Below are positions 1 to 12,500 of a DNA stretch of 64,000 bases, one piece after another. A program made the translations under genes and the position numbers. The notes beneath the pieces are model-generated. The model searched no databases and was not told where the DNA came from. It saw only the letters and a program-made list of their open reading frames with translations. Source of the stretch: Saccostrea echinata (Eukaryota); NCBI RefSeq assembly GCF_033153115.1, contig NW_026889764.1, positions 1,612,001 to 1,676,000 on the forward strand, written 5' to 3'. The first letter of the stretch is position 1, and the number at the start of each line of letters is the position of its first letter.

Positions 1-149
1 TAAACTACAAACAGTTTTGAAAATATTCATAAATTAAGCTTTGAATGTTAACTTAATTATGCCCTTGCAATATTGAATTTAATAGATGACGTCATGTTTA
101 ATTAAACCACGTGCATGCCACATCACGTGACTTGTCTAAATGAAATGTG

Positions 150-1700
150 AAGCTAATGAACATTGATCATGCTCAGAAGTCCACTTAAACAATACAAATT
201 GTGAAAAGAGCCAATGCAGACCTCTGAAAACCAAGTGGGATCAGGTGCCATAGAGGAAAAAGCAAACCCTGTCGACTGGTCACACCCGGCGTACGGTCTG
301 CTACGTAGTACATTCGAGCTTGTTTTTCCGCCACCTCAGCTGCATTGCATTAACTGTTAGATAGTAACCTGTCTCCGCTTAAAAATTGATTGTACTCAGA
401 ACATGCTCTTGCTTACAAAATCATTTGGGAGAAATGAACACCATATGTAGTTGACAGTGTAATCAGTTGGGAGACATGAAAACCATATGTAGCTGATAAT
501 GGAATATTATTGCATAAATAGATGAAGTTGATGATGGAAAAATTGAAGTCATCCCCTACATAGTTTAGTGAATAGTTGGCATTTAACCTCTAAAGTCATT
601 AAATCATCCAAGTATAGAACAGATGTAGCAGATTCTTAATTTTGATGTTTTTTTATTTTTATGATATATCGATCCACTATGAATGGAAAAAAAGATAAAA
701 CGTCGTGTAGAATTGAAGGTCACTACGAGAGTTTTCATGGAGAAGGTTCGGCTAATACTAGTAAAGGAACACAATCAGTGCCAGTCAAAATTCCAACATC
801 TCAAGATTGTTTGAAGACCTGGCTCCGGGGCCATAAAACTGAGACGAGCTTACTTTTGATCTCAGTCTCACTTTTCCACTATATATTCCTTTTGCAAAAG
901 AGAATAAGATCAAAAGTAAGCGTCTCAGTTTTATGGCCCCGGAGCCTGGTCTCCCAAGACTAAATAGACACTGTAAATGAGGAATTCCAGCTTCTTTTTA
1001 ATATCCACTTCAGAGTATTTATGTGCAGAATTAGGATTATTATTTAGCAAAGTAAGTTTGTAGATGAACAATTACAAGATCTGAAAAGTTTCGAGTTCCG
1101 TTTTTACTGAAGAAGCAGTTGTCTGATATCAAAAGTGCGGGTCATTCATTCATCGTGAAGAACGATGATATAAAGTGTAGAAAAGTCGTATGTCATGATT
1201 ATATAAATTTTGGATACAAATGTGATTTTAAATATTTAAGTTCTTTAGGATTTTGAGAATCAAAATTTTGTTTAAATGCGGTCTTGAAAATGTTGTAGTC
1301 AATACGCTTGCAGTCTCTCCCTCATAGCAGTTGATATATTAGGGGCTTGGTAGAAATATTCCTAGATATTCTGTTTATCTTTGTAAGGGTTACTAAGAAA
1401 TGATGGAATTCAGTATACGTATGGCAAATCTATGGCAAATCTAATTCACCTCTCTTTACTGGAATATTAGTATTTAAAAATGAAATGTGATATTGCAGAA
1501 TCTAAATCTGTGGGTATAAGATGGATTACCAGATATGGAATTAAAGCTAAGATCTTCTAAAATACAATTGTAATAATGAGCATTACAAACGAAGACAACA
1601 TTGTTACAAACTTTTTTCAGCTGGAATCATAATATACAGTATAGTATTTCCGATTCTTTAATCATTTCCAGTCTACTTAAAACGGTAGGATAGTTGGAGC
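150..1700 (-). mobile_element. Degenerate Penelope-like element (Naiad-type) reverse-transcriptase remnant, interrupted by a MITE
   Basis: The minus strand shows decayed RT motifs: TYDFSTLY at 1170-1193, a VFKQS..VGI.TGTDCVPLL-like segment (~745-820) and a DFNFSIINF-like segment (~520-555). The shared 3' module lies at ~160-292. Boundaries are approximate. Confidence 0.75.
821..946. mobile_element. Foldback MITE with ~40-bp near-perfect inverted arms
   Basis: GGCTCCGGGGCCATAAAACTGAGACG(AG)CTTACTTTTGATCT is mirrored by AGATCAAAAGTAAGCGTCTCAGTTTTATGGCCCCGGAGCC. It sits inside the RT remnant. Confidence 0.75.
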
Positions 1701-1879
1701 ATTTGCGTTTGCATTTGCCTTTTTTATTGTCTATTAATTCTTTAACTTACTTTAAAACTTTTCATCCATTATGACAAAGGGTCGAAGTATTACCCTTTAT
1801 ATTTAGAATATGAATTGATATATTACACTGATAATCTAAGTGTCTGTTACCCTTTTCACAAAAAATCTTACTACTAAGA

Positions 1880-2066
1880 TGAAAATTTTTACCCAATCAT
1901 GACAAGGAGCACAGGGCGGGTGTGACCGGTCGGCAGGGGATGCTCACTCCTCTATGGCACCTGATCCCACCTCTAAATGTTGAGGTCCGTGTCTGTTCTG
2001 CTCCAAAATTTGTATCGTTTCATTGGACTTTCGAGATTGAATACTGTTCGTTATCTTCATATTTCA
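1880..2066 (+). mobile_element. Penelope-like element 3' terminal module, inverted relative to the 150-1700 copy
   Basis: CATGACAAGGAGCACAGGGCGGGTGTGACCGGTCGGCAGGGGATGC...GTTCGTTATCTTCATATTTC matches the sequence following the RT stop in the 63305-64000 copy. Confidence 0.8.
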
Positions 2067-2144
2067 CTCAAGACAGAGGGCGCTTAAAGTTAGAATATTT
2101 ATTCGAGCTTCATTTTTGTGAATCTTGAGTCTTATATACCGGTA

Positions 2145-2175
<31 letters not shown>

Positions 2176-3502
2176 ATTAAACACAATGTTTGACTTCGTC
2201 TATCGCTGCACGGCAGGAATGGTTCCGACGTCGTTATGACGTTTCTTTTCAGCACTCATTTTTCAGTTTAATCGCTTATCTTTTTAACTTCTCACATGCT
2301 TTTTTTTAAAGTTTGAGATGCAGTACTAAAAGTATTTGAACTTTGTCCAAATATTTCGAAATTCATTCCTTCTTGCGTAAATCTTAAGAATCATCAGATT
2401 CAAAACGATATATATATATATATCTGTTTGTGTGTTGTATAAAGATTAACCAGCAGGACAAAGTTCTAAGGAAAGCAACATTTTTGAATTTAAAAAAGTA
2501 ATGTACATGTAGATTAAAACAAAAGAAGTATACCAGTCTGCGAGTATATCTGTCACGTCAGCTGTTGTTAATTCTTTATCACGCAGCAAATGCTTTAACA
2601 TCAAACATGACAAGAGGCTACCATACTGCAATGTATTCAGAAAATATATAAGCTTATTATGACAGGGCGTATAAATACGCATAGCTAATTAAGTATCCTG
2701 CCATGGATTTATTTTTGTATTGAATTAAGTACTGATTGGGTTTCTGATCTGATTACTATATGAGTGATTCATACTGAATATATACGCCTTTTCATTAGAA
2801 AACCCAAAAGTAATTATACTCAGTAGTCTCACTACTTTCCAAGAGGAAAAAATAAGTATTCTACCTTACTTTTTTTTTCTATAATCAAAGTATATGGTTT
2901 CATATTTTCAGGGAAAGGTGGGTGGGGTGGGTACTAAAAACATGAAAAAAGTGTCCAAGAAAAAGACATGCAGGCTTCCACATTATGAAAAATCTCGACC
3001 AGAGGGTTATTACGCATATGCCTCATCCACGATCTACACGACATAACGGGCTGTATTTGAGTGAAAAGAAAGGACAAATCTGAGCAAAAGTTAAATGTAA
3101 TTAACAAGCATCCTGAAATTCATTATGAAATACAAATTAAGTACATTCACTTGATACCTAGTTAGAAAAAAAAATGTGTAAAAAAACTACCGAAAAAGTG
3201 GAGGATGTAAAATTCACAAAAACTCAAATAAAGTAGACATGCATTAATTTTATTTTGAGCTCTTTGAGATATTGAGTTTGCATTTCTATTTCTAATCATT
3301 CCTATCAGAAAAAAGAGGCTTAATTCGTACCATTATATCAAATCCGCATCAGAAACTGTCAAGTCTTCGTTGCAGATACCGAGGAATGCATGATAACTAT
3401 GTCTCGAGGCGTGCTTTTTTAATGATCTGATTTTGAGATGAAGTATTTAAGTCCAAGATATCTAAGAGTCTTTTTCACGTCGTCTCTGACCCCGAAGCAA
3501 AC

Positions 3503-4150
3503 ATGTCGTCTTCAGGCGTTGATACAATGGTCGTTTCTCAGTTTGTTGAAAGCAAAGTCAGAAAATGGTTTCAACTAAATAACCTCAAGCGCAATGGATT
3601 CATAAGTAAACAGGACTATTCAGACATGACGGCTACATTCATCAAAGAGTTTGATTTAGACGAGAAAAAGGCACAAGCCATTCGAAACTGGTTAGAAAAC
3701 GGTTGGGAAATTTTGATTAAGAAAGGAGAAGATATCACAGCGCAAGGTGGCTCGGGTGGAGTGTCACCAGAAAGTGCGCCCAAACTTCTAGAAGTAGGAA
3801 GGAAGATGCGAGAAAATGGCAACATTTCTGAAAACGAGTACATTGCAGCTTTTAAAGAACTTGTTGGCTTCAATAAGAATTTGTTTGTCGAAACCTTTGC
3901 AGGTATGGTAGGGAGCTTTTTTGACGCCTTCGATGTGAACAACACTGGTTATTTAATCAGCGAAAATTTTCAAAAGGGTATGAAGTGTTTTGGAATGACT
4001 AATTCAGAGGCAGTAGACACGATGTTTAAAGCCATGGATACAAAGAAGGAAGGAAAGATCGATAAAGAAACATACGTCGGTCACTGGATCGAATTCATGA
4101 CGGGGGATAACAAGGAAGGGGTGATTGCACAGTTTTTATGCAGAATGTAA
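3503..4150 (+). CDS. Sarcoplasmic calcium-binding protein/calexcitin-like four-EF-hand protein, single exon, 215 aa
   Basis: Typical SCP-family layout: KVRKWFQLNNLKRNGFISKQDY, GNISENEY, FFDAFDVNNTGYL, MFKAMDTKKEGKIDKETY..WIEFMTG. A TATA-like TATTTAA lies at ~3444. Confidence 0.85.
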   Translation: MSSSGVDTMVVSQFVESKVRKWFQLNNLKRNGFISKQDYSDMTATFIKEFDLDEKKAQAIRNWLENGWEILIKKGEDITAQGGSGGVSPESAPKLLEVGRKMRENGNISENEYIAAFKELVGFNKNLFVETFAGMVGSFFDAFDVNNTGYLISENFQKGMKCFGMTNSEAVDTMFKAMDTKKEGKIDKETYVGHWIEFMTGDNKEGVIAQFLCRM

Positions 4151-4578
4151 AAACTTTCATTCTACAAGTCCTACATGAACTCAAGTTTATCTTTGGCACT
4201 TAGAATCCTTGTCAGCTGAATGAATGATAAATGTTTAAACTGTATGTTGTGACCGTGTAAATTTATTCTCATTGAAAATGTAATGTTTTGTTACACTTTT
4301 CAAAACAGAATGCTAAGTATATATACCCTCAGTCATTGTATGTATTTTAGACTTTTAAATGGAGAAATATGATGTTAATTACATGTGGAAAAACGAACAT
4401 TCTACTTTTTGACTCGTTATTTCTTTATTTTCCTGGGAGGGGGATACTGTAAAAATACAGGCAGCATTAGTACATATACAGGTATTTAAAAAATCGAGAA
4501 CTGCGCCGTGAGATGAAACTCGTTCATACAAATCATAATCAAATCTCTCTCTCTCTCTCTCTCTTCTCTCTATTTATA

Positions 4579-4982
4579 TACTGTAAAAGTGGAATATATT
4601 GCGATGGTTTTAATTTCACTATGTTCGCGATCAAAGATTTTCGTAAACATTGAGCCATCGTGAATATTATCGACATATCAAAGTAGTATTCATATATAAA
4701 ATGAAAATACTTTCCATATACCTTAAAAACTATAATATTTTATACGAGTAAAAGAGTAAACCATTGATAATCATTTGAAACTTCCAGAGGTTGTAAGTTT
4801 CTTAAAATATAATATATACTCCACAACAACATTCTTTGCTTTAAAGGATTTTTTTTCTTTCAAAATTACAAATAGAGTTTATGAAGAAAAAATTAATATC
4901 CGCGAAATTAAACCACCGTGAAATGTACCAGTAAAGAAAACCGTGAAATATTGCACACGTGGAATTAAAGATGTTTACAGTA
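4579..4982. mobile_element. Non-autonomous DNA transposon (TACTGTAAA...TTTACAGTA ends)
   Basis: Short terminal inverted repeats, TA flanks and subterminal TTCGCG/CGCGAA/CGTGAA motifs. Confidence 0.6.
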
Positions 4983-6533
4983 TATAGCTAATGAAAGGCT
5001 GCGCAAAATAATTCATGCTCAACATTTATTCACCGAAACAAAATACAAATACCCTTTGTTTTAACCATTGCCTCCTGATCACACGGACAAATTATTTGGG
5101 ATTCACTCTCATAGTACAGAAGGATGCTACAATTAATAAGTGAACTTCAAGCTGGAAGTCGTTCACGGTAGGAATGAATAGTGTATTGTAAATATTCTCG
5201 TGTTTAATGCTTTTTAACAAAGTTTTGAGAAGACGAGATATCAATTTACAGTCTTGATCTTCTTGCTTTTACTTTGACAATGAATGTCAATCTTGTATGT
5301 ATTTCATAAGAAGAATTGTCTGTTTGCGAATTTTTTACACTTCATATCTTGAAATTAATTGTCTAAGCAAACTTACATATTCATATGCTCCATAATCGTG
5401 GGTTTACATTAATAATCATGGGTGTACATAAGTAATAGTGGGTGTACATTTATAAGTAATATTTTCATGTCATACCTTCGCAATTCCTTTGAATATTTAC
5501 CATATTAAATAAAACACTTTTCTTTTTTTTATACGTTGTTTATTTCAGAACCATTCGAACGCTAATTTAAAAAAATATTCTTTTGACTGTGCTATACATA
5601 CATGTATGATATCGACAGCAATATTATTCTACAATGAGATAACCTGGAATTTATATTTAAATGTACGTTTCATGTTCCTATATCAGGATGCTCAGAAGGT
5701 GCAGAATTTAACCCCCTCAATAAATAAATAAATCAAACAAAAAAAAAAAAAAAAAAAAAAAAAACTGAACAATAATAATAAATAAATAAAATGATTTTTG
5801 CATATTAGCGGATCGAAGAAACCATATTATTACACGAATATTTAATTGACGAATGTATAAAGCTTATAAAAGCAAAACACTTTAAGTAAATAATGTAGTA
5901 AAACCACATCTTTAGCACTAGAATACTACAATTGGGAACGGATTTACAGAAACATAATTTTACATTATATGCATATAGCCTTAAACAAATAAAACCAAAA
6001 TGTAGGTATCTGGCGATGATTTAAATGAAAATATTCGTATGTGTTAATGTGGAAAATGTATGAAGGAAAAAAAATCATTGACTTTCCTTATCTAGTCTGG
6101 AGATTTTTGCACAGTATTGAAAAAATTCAAATCTCTTTTATCAATCAGTACTTATTGCGTATATTAATAGTTAAATTTTGCCAGGCTGTTTTGGAGAACA
6201 AAACTTTTGATGATATCTCATGATTTGTGACTTGTGTCTCCTTTGTAACACGTGATCGTTTTTAAGACACGTTGATTCTCTCAGGTGAATCAATTGATCA
6301 GGATTTCTTGCATAGATGGAAATAAATCGTTCTCTTGGGAATAATCCGGATAATTCCTTGTGCAGTTCTTCACAATACGAATTTTCCCACACGTTTCAAA
6401 TCCCCACACGTTCTATCAATAGCTCTTTACATTCGATGCTTACATTAACGAATCTCAAATTTTATTACATGGATTTTTTAGAGAAAAAAAATTCAGATCA
6501 GTTAACAATAAAGCTTCTCTTCCTCTTTTATGG

Positions 6534-9500
6534 CTAAACATTGGTATCATCACCTTCCTCAATGTTAGATATGAAATACATGGGGTTCTCTTTTGTGACC
6601 CCAGAGTTCTGATCAAACGCTTCATCCATTGTCAGATATTCATCTTTAATGTTAGATTCCTTTATGTGACGAGCATTACTTCTCCTACAATAGGAACACA
6701 GACTCAATTAATAGATCGAGGGCTGTGAATAATTGCAGATTGCTCTTCTTCGAGAAAAGGCTTTATAATTCTTCCAGTATCTCCTTGAATCAAAAATGCA
6801 AGCAAATCTGCCAATAAGGAAATACTTATATATAGACAATTAAAAACGTTACAGATGACATGCCACATTTATTATGCCAAGTGTTGTAACATTTTATCTA
6901 AAAGGTTTTGAAGACAAACAATAGAATCATTTTATTACCTTGGGACCAATTTTCATGAATTGTTCAAACTTTATCAGTAAGAAGAGACGCAATTCAAGAG
7001 CAAAGATTTCGTTATGAAAGGTATTGCTTGTATGTTGACATTTGTCGGGGCTGGTGATGGTTATACATGAAATCCATGAAAATTAAAATCCTTCCGAAAT
7101 ATTTTGATTGTACGACATGTGTTCTTTCAGACCTGTATTATACTTACTTTAATTTTACCACGACAATAATGATGATGACGAGTAAGAGGAAGCCACCTCC
7201 TGCCCCGGCTAGTAGGGGAATATTCTGTTTTATCCAACTCTAAAAGTTTAAATATGTTAAAGGTATGAAAGCCTCTTTACTTCAAGAAATAATAGAAAAC
7301 ACCGGAGTAAAATTCTTAGTTGAAAACATTTATAAAATTATTCAGAAAACTGGGTTCTATCAGACAATTATGATATGAATTATAAGTAATTACTTTAGTT
7401 TTGCTCATATACATTCAATTTGATTGGCTGATACAGACAGAGACACGTTTTGTTTTTAATATAATATATATACTCAAGATATATTACTAAAGTCAGGTAC
7501 TCTTCAAACAATAGCTCTGAAAAAATATAGTTCCATTCATAACCAAGAGATACAACATTCCATTCATAACCAAGACATACAACATTACAACAAATGTAAA
7601 GAATAATGATATGTATGTAACATGTGAAAGAAAACAAAATAAACGTTAAAAGTTTTTTCACCAGAAATGCAAATTAAAAGTGTTCATATTCCTACACTAG
7701 CTGCCTCTTCAGTCTTTTTCACGGAAATATATAGGTCAATCTTCGATTGATAATGATAAATCTTTTCACCAATTATATTACTTTCATGATTATTGTTTGT
7801 TAATTGTCGTACATTTACCTCTAAGAGAGAATGTAATGAAATAAATGGAGATAACGAACAGTATTCATGCTCAAAAGTCCATTAAACATTACAAAATAGG
7901 TGCATAGCAAACACGGACCTCCAAAACATCAGAGGTGGGATCACGTACCATGGAGGAGTGAGCATCCCCTGCCGGCCGGTCACACCCGCCGTGTGCTCCT
8001 TGTCATGATCGGGAAATAACGGAAAAATCCGTCGACAATTCAGTGTGTAAATAATGGCCTAACAATTAATACGAAGAACGTCAGTCAGCATTTGACTCAA
8101 TGATAAATTGTATTTGCTGACAAGGTCATTGTATCGACCAAAGAACTTACGAAATGATGACTTTAAACGAGACAGTTGATATTCTTGTTTCATCAACTTG
8201 TTTGTCAATAATTTACCTCGTTTTAGAAATTGTACATACGTAGAACATGCTCTTGCGTATCGAATCAACTGAGAGATATAAACTCCGTAGGTGATGAAGG
8301 TATTTTGCTGCATAAGTAAGGGAAGTTGACGATCGAAAAGTTAAAGTCATCACGTTTATCATAAAGCTTGGTTGTTAGATTACCATTAACATCTTTTTCA
8401 AGTAAAATATCCAAATATGAAACAGATGTGTCAGACTCTCTGGTATCTTTTAAATCATTAATAATTGTATGTGGTTTTTTAACTTTTTTTTTTTTTTATT
8501 AAATAACGAAATTTTATTATACAACAATCGTAACTTCGCGGCAAAAAAAAGGGTGTTTTTCCGAGCTCGCCGGAAAGGTCTGCAAAGATGCGATTGACAA
8601 TCTCATCGCACGTGTGTAGACCTAGGCTATTTGGTCTTGCAAGCACAGGTGTGTGCACTGTTTGCTAGTGGCGCTTAGATTGGCGACAGTATTTGCTACA
8701 TGTATGGACATGAAGAACTATACAACAGTGCAGTTTCAGAAATCATCTGATCACAGTGAAAATTCGAGTAAATAAAAAGTCGAATATCTTGGATATGGGT
8801 TGTGGCGGTCAGACAGATTCTATCACCGGTGGTGTCAGATAGCTCAGTTGGTAGAGCACCTGACTGGAGATTCAGGGGGCCCGGGTTCGAATCCCGGTCT
8901 GGTCTGCTGCATTTTTCTCCCCTCCCGTTACAGGGGTAACCCATATCTATTCTTGTTTACAATAACTTGTACTTGTATATGGGGACACGAGCGCAAAAGT
9001 TTGTGCTAGTTTTTAAATGGTAATACACGTATTACCAACGTAGAATAAAGCACGTAAAGTAAAATTTAAGCCCCGTTTCTGGATGTCTCTTTAAACAATG
9101 TGACAGTTTACATGCAAATACGCCGGCATATTTCATGAAGCGCGTTAACGCTTCATGATAAATATGCCAGCCTGCAGCGTTTTAGTTCATGTACCTCATG
9201 AATTTTCAAAAATTAAATTCATTTCTTATATTTACATTATTTTTCTGATGATTTGCCACAAATAACGCCATTCAACTGTCATTTTTAAAGCAAAACAGTT
9301 TGTACTATAGTTTTGACGTCAAGTAAGGTATTATGACGTTACAATGGAGATATTGATGTCCATTCATGGAAGTTCATGAGAAAATTAACTGTATTCTATT
9401 TTGTAAAGAATCATGTGGGAAATTTATTGTAAATGTAAATATATATATATATACCTTTTTATTTGCATTATCTTTGGTTTTAAATCTTGCAAGCTCAAAA

Positions 9501-12500
9501 GGAAAAGCTGTTCTCAATTGCTCCGTTGACATCTCTTTCAATTTCATCTCTAGGCGGTCACGTGACAGGGGTTTTCCATCACAAATGACTGGAACTTGAA
9601 AGTCTGTATTTCCATTGCTAATTGAAAAGAAACATTTATAAAGTTTAAGGAATATGTGCATTCATCAAATTTAATGAAAGTTTATACAATTAAAACAAGG
9701 TCTTTCATAACGGTTATAAGTTAGCGTTTTCTGAATGTGTTAGACATAAATACTATATACCGGGTTATTTTCGCCCTTTCACACCGGCAATCAATTTGGC
9801 CCCATTTTGAATTCGCCAAAATTCAGATCTTTTAAGAGATAATGTTGTTTTCTTTGGATTCGTCCGTTTTAAATTCGCCAAATTGCGACGAGGGCGAAGG
9901 GGGCGAAATAAAACGTGGACGAAAATTTCCCAGTATACAGTATATATACTACATAAGCTATTTAGCCTTAGGCGCTAAATAGATTACATAGCTTATAGAT
10001 TACATATTATATTACAAATGTTATATGTTTACAGCATTTTATTTTAATATTTAGAATAGCAATATTCTTCGAACAGAACAGTGTATAATCGACAATTTTT
10101 TTATTCATAATGATGCATATACACATGTATATTAAAAACAACAAATTACGAGAACGTATTGCTTTTTACGATCTTTTAAACATGGAGAATATGCTGCATA
10201 CCAATATGCTGCATTATACCTGTATGATAAGGCATGATCTTTTGACAGTATGCTGACGTCATGACACAAAGAGGTACATATAATCCGTAAGGAGTTTTCT
10301 ATTTTGTTAAGATCTTTATCTGAGATATGTCCAGTAAACTCCAGATTGACCTTCTCCACTCCGATTAATCCTAAAATAATAACAATATACATGTATCTAC
10401 ATATTATATTATAGTACTTTTGAATTTTTCAGTTTCAGTTATTTTTAAAGTTATATAATAATATATTGTCGGAGTTGTGTTATATTGGATATTACAGCGC
10501 TTTAGTAATTTTTTTTTTTCTGCAATGATAACAACTTCTAAACCCCGAATAACACAACAAAGAAAGATAGTTTATTGTTTATATTTATGAAACATGTTCT
10601 TTCTTCATATAAATATTTCCAAGAACGTTGTAGTATTTCTTTGCAAATGATTGATCCTCCCCCCCCCTTTTTTTTAACCCTACCCCGTTCTCGAATTGGA
10701 GGGGGATCGAATAATTTTGAAAGAACGTAGAAACATGACGACTTTTGTTACCGATTGAAAAGAAAATAAAGTTCAATATAAACTTTGAACTCTTTCTTAT
10801 GCCTCCATCATTGTTCTTGGGGTCCATAATTTGAATAAACGTGATAGTGGCAAAAATATGAGGATGCCTGTGTATGTAATTTGTCCATATGAGCACATGG
10901 TATTCGAGCAGATCTGAAAGATTTCTTTCTGGATTATGGAACAGTTAAATTTTCACAACATTTAAGATATTTGCATTGAAAATTGAAACAAATGCGGCTT
11001 AGCATCTCTTAAGAAGATTTTGAATTTTCCTCCCTCTAATTGATTTCTCTAGATGAAACTTTGAACTCTCTTCTTAAACAATCCAGAAGAAGTTTAAGAT
11101 ATCATGTGTTACTTTTAAATGTTTGACAATTGTAGAAAGAAAAATATTTGACTAAATATTAGGAAGAAATTTTAAATATTGATTTTTTAGTGTAATAATT
11201 CACACGACCTGTTAATGCAACCTTCCATAATGCACTAACATTGGACAAGGTAAAGCAGCTTTCAAATATACCTATTCAACTTAACTTCGTAAACTATTGA
11301 ATAAAAATAAATAGGATGCATGCCTACTGTGGGTTTTCCATTCAATATTTCACAAGTTCTGCCTGAATGTCCTTCCCGGCAATTACATGTAAATGACCCC
11401 TCAGTGTTGACGCATATTCCGAATCCGGAGCATTTTTGTTGTTCGCATTCATCTATATCCTCATCGCATTCAACGCTTTTCCATCCATCTAAACATTCAC
11501 ATTGGAATGATCCCTGCAAATTCCGACAGGATTTCATATGTTTACACCGGTTTTCCTCACATTCGTTTACGTCATCATTACATTGTCGTCCTCTCCATCC
11601 ATGTAGACAGCTACAGTTATATCCACCAGCAAAATTACGACACGTCGATCCGTGGAAACAAACATCGTTGTTGCATTCATCAACGTCATTCTCACAACGT
11701 TTACCTGTCCAAGAGGAAGGACAATTACAGTGAGCACTACCACGGGTATCAATGCAAGTTCCACCATGTTCACAGGAGAGAATATTGTTTTCGCATTCCT
11801 TTATATCTTCTGTACACGCTGTGCCACCCCAACCTGGTTTGCAGTGGCAAGAATAACTACCATCAGTATTAGTGCAGTTATAACTATTTATTGTCGAACA
11901 AAAGCTAGAAAACTCACACTCGTTAAGGTCTCTATCGCATGCTTCACCAACCCAACCTTTCTGACAAGTGCAACTGAATGACCCTGGAGAGTTAATGCAT
12001 TGAGAGGCATGTTTGCAGTCTCCTGTTGAGCATTCATTTACGTCTTCCTCACATGAAGGACCTGTCCAATATGGAGGACAGATACAATTATAGCTACCGA
12101 TATTATCTACGCATGTTCCTCCATTACTACAGACTTCAATTTTACACTCATCAACATTTATGTCGCATTCCATACCAGTCCATCCAGGAAAACATTCACA
12201 CTGAAATCCTCCAACAATATTTGTACAGTTTCCTTTATTATTGCATATATTTTGTAAACATTCATTCACATCATGTGCACATGTAGTACCTGTCCAGTTT
12301 GGGGGACATATACAGGAGAAGGAACCGAGAGTATTTTGACAAGTACCGCCATTGAGGCAGGCGTCATTGCGAAGGCATTCATTAACATCCGCCTGACACC
12401 GATCTCCTTGATACCCAGAATTACACACGCATTGGAAGCTTCCGGCCGAATTTGAACAGTTACCATTATCATTGCAAATGTTTGGCTTCAAACATTCATT

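Noticed and set aside
661-963. 100-aa plus-strand ORF
   Set aside because: It is the antisense of a decayed RT plus a palindromic MITE.
6171-6460. Possible extra coding exon downstream of the Delta-like stop
   Set aside because: It contains an in-frame stop, lacks convincing splice sites and is probably 3' UTR.
8834-8904. Functional tRNA-Ser gene
   Set aside because: The anticodon loop is 8 nt, the acceptor stem is mostly G-U pairs, there is no long variable arm, and it is embedded in TG..CA ends.
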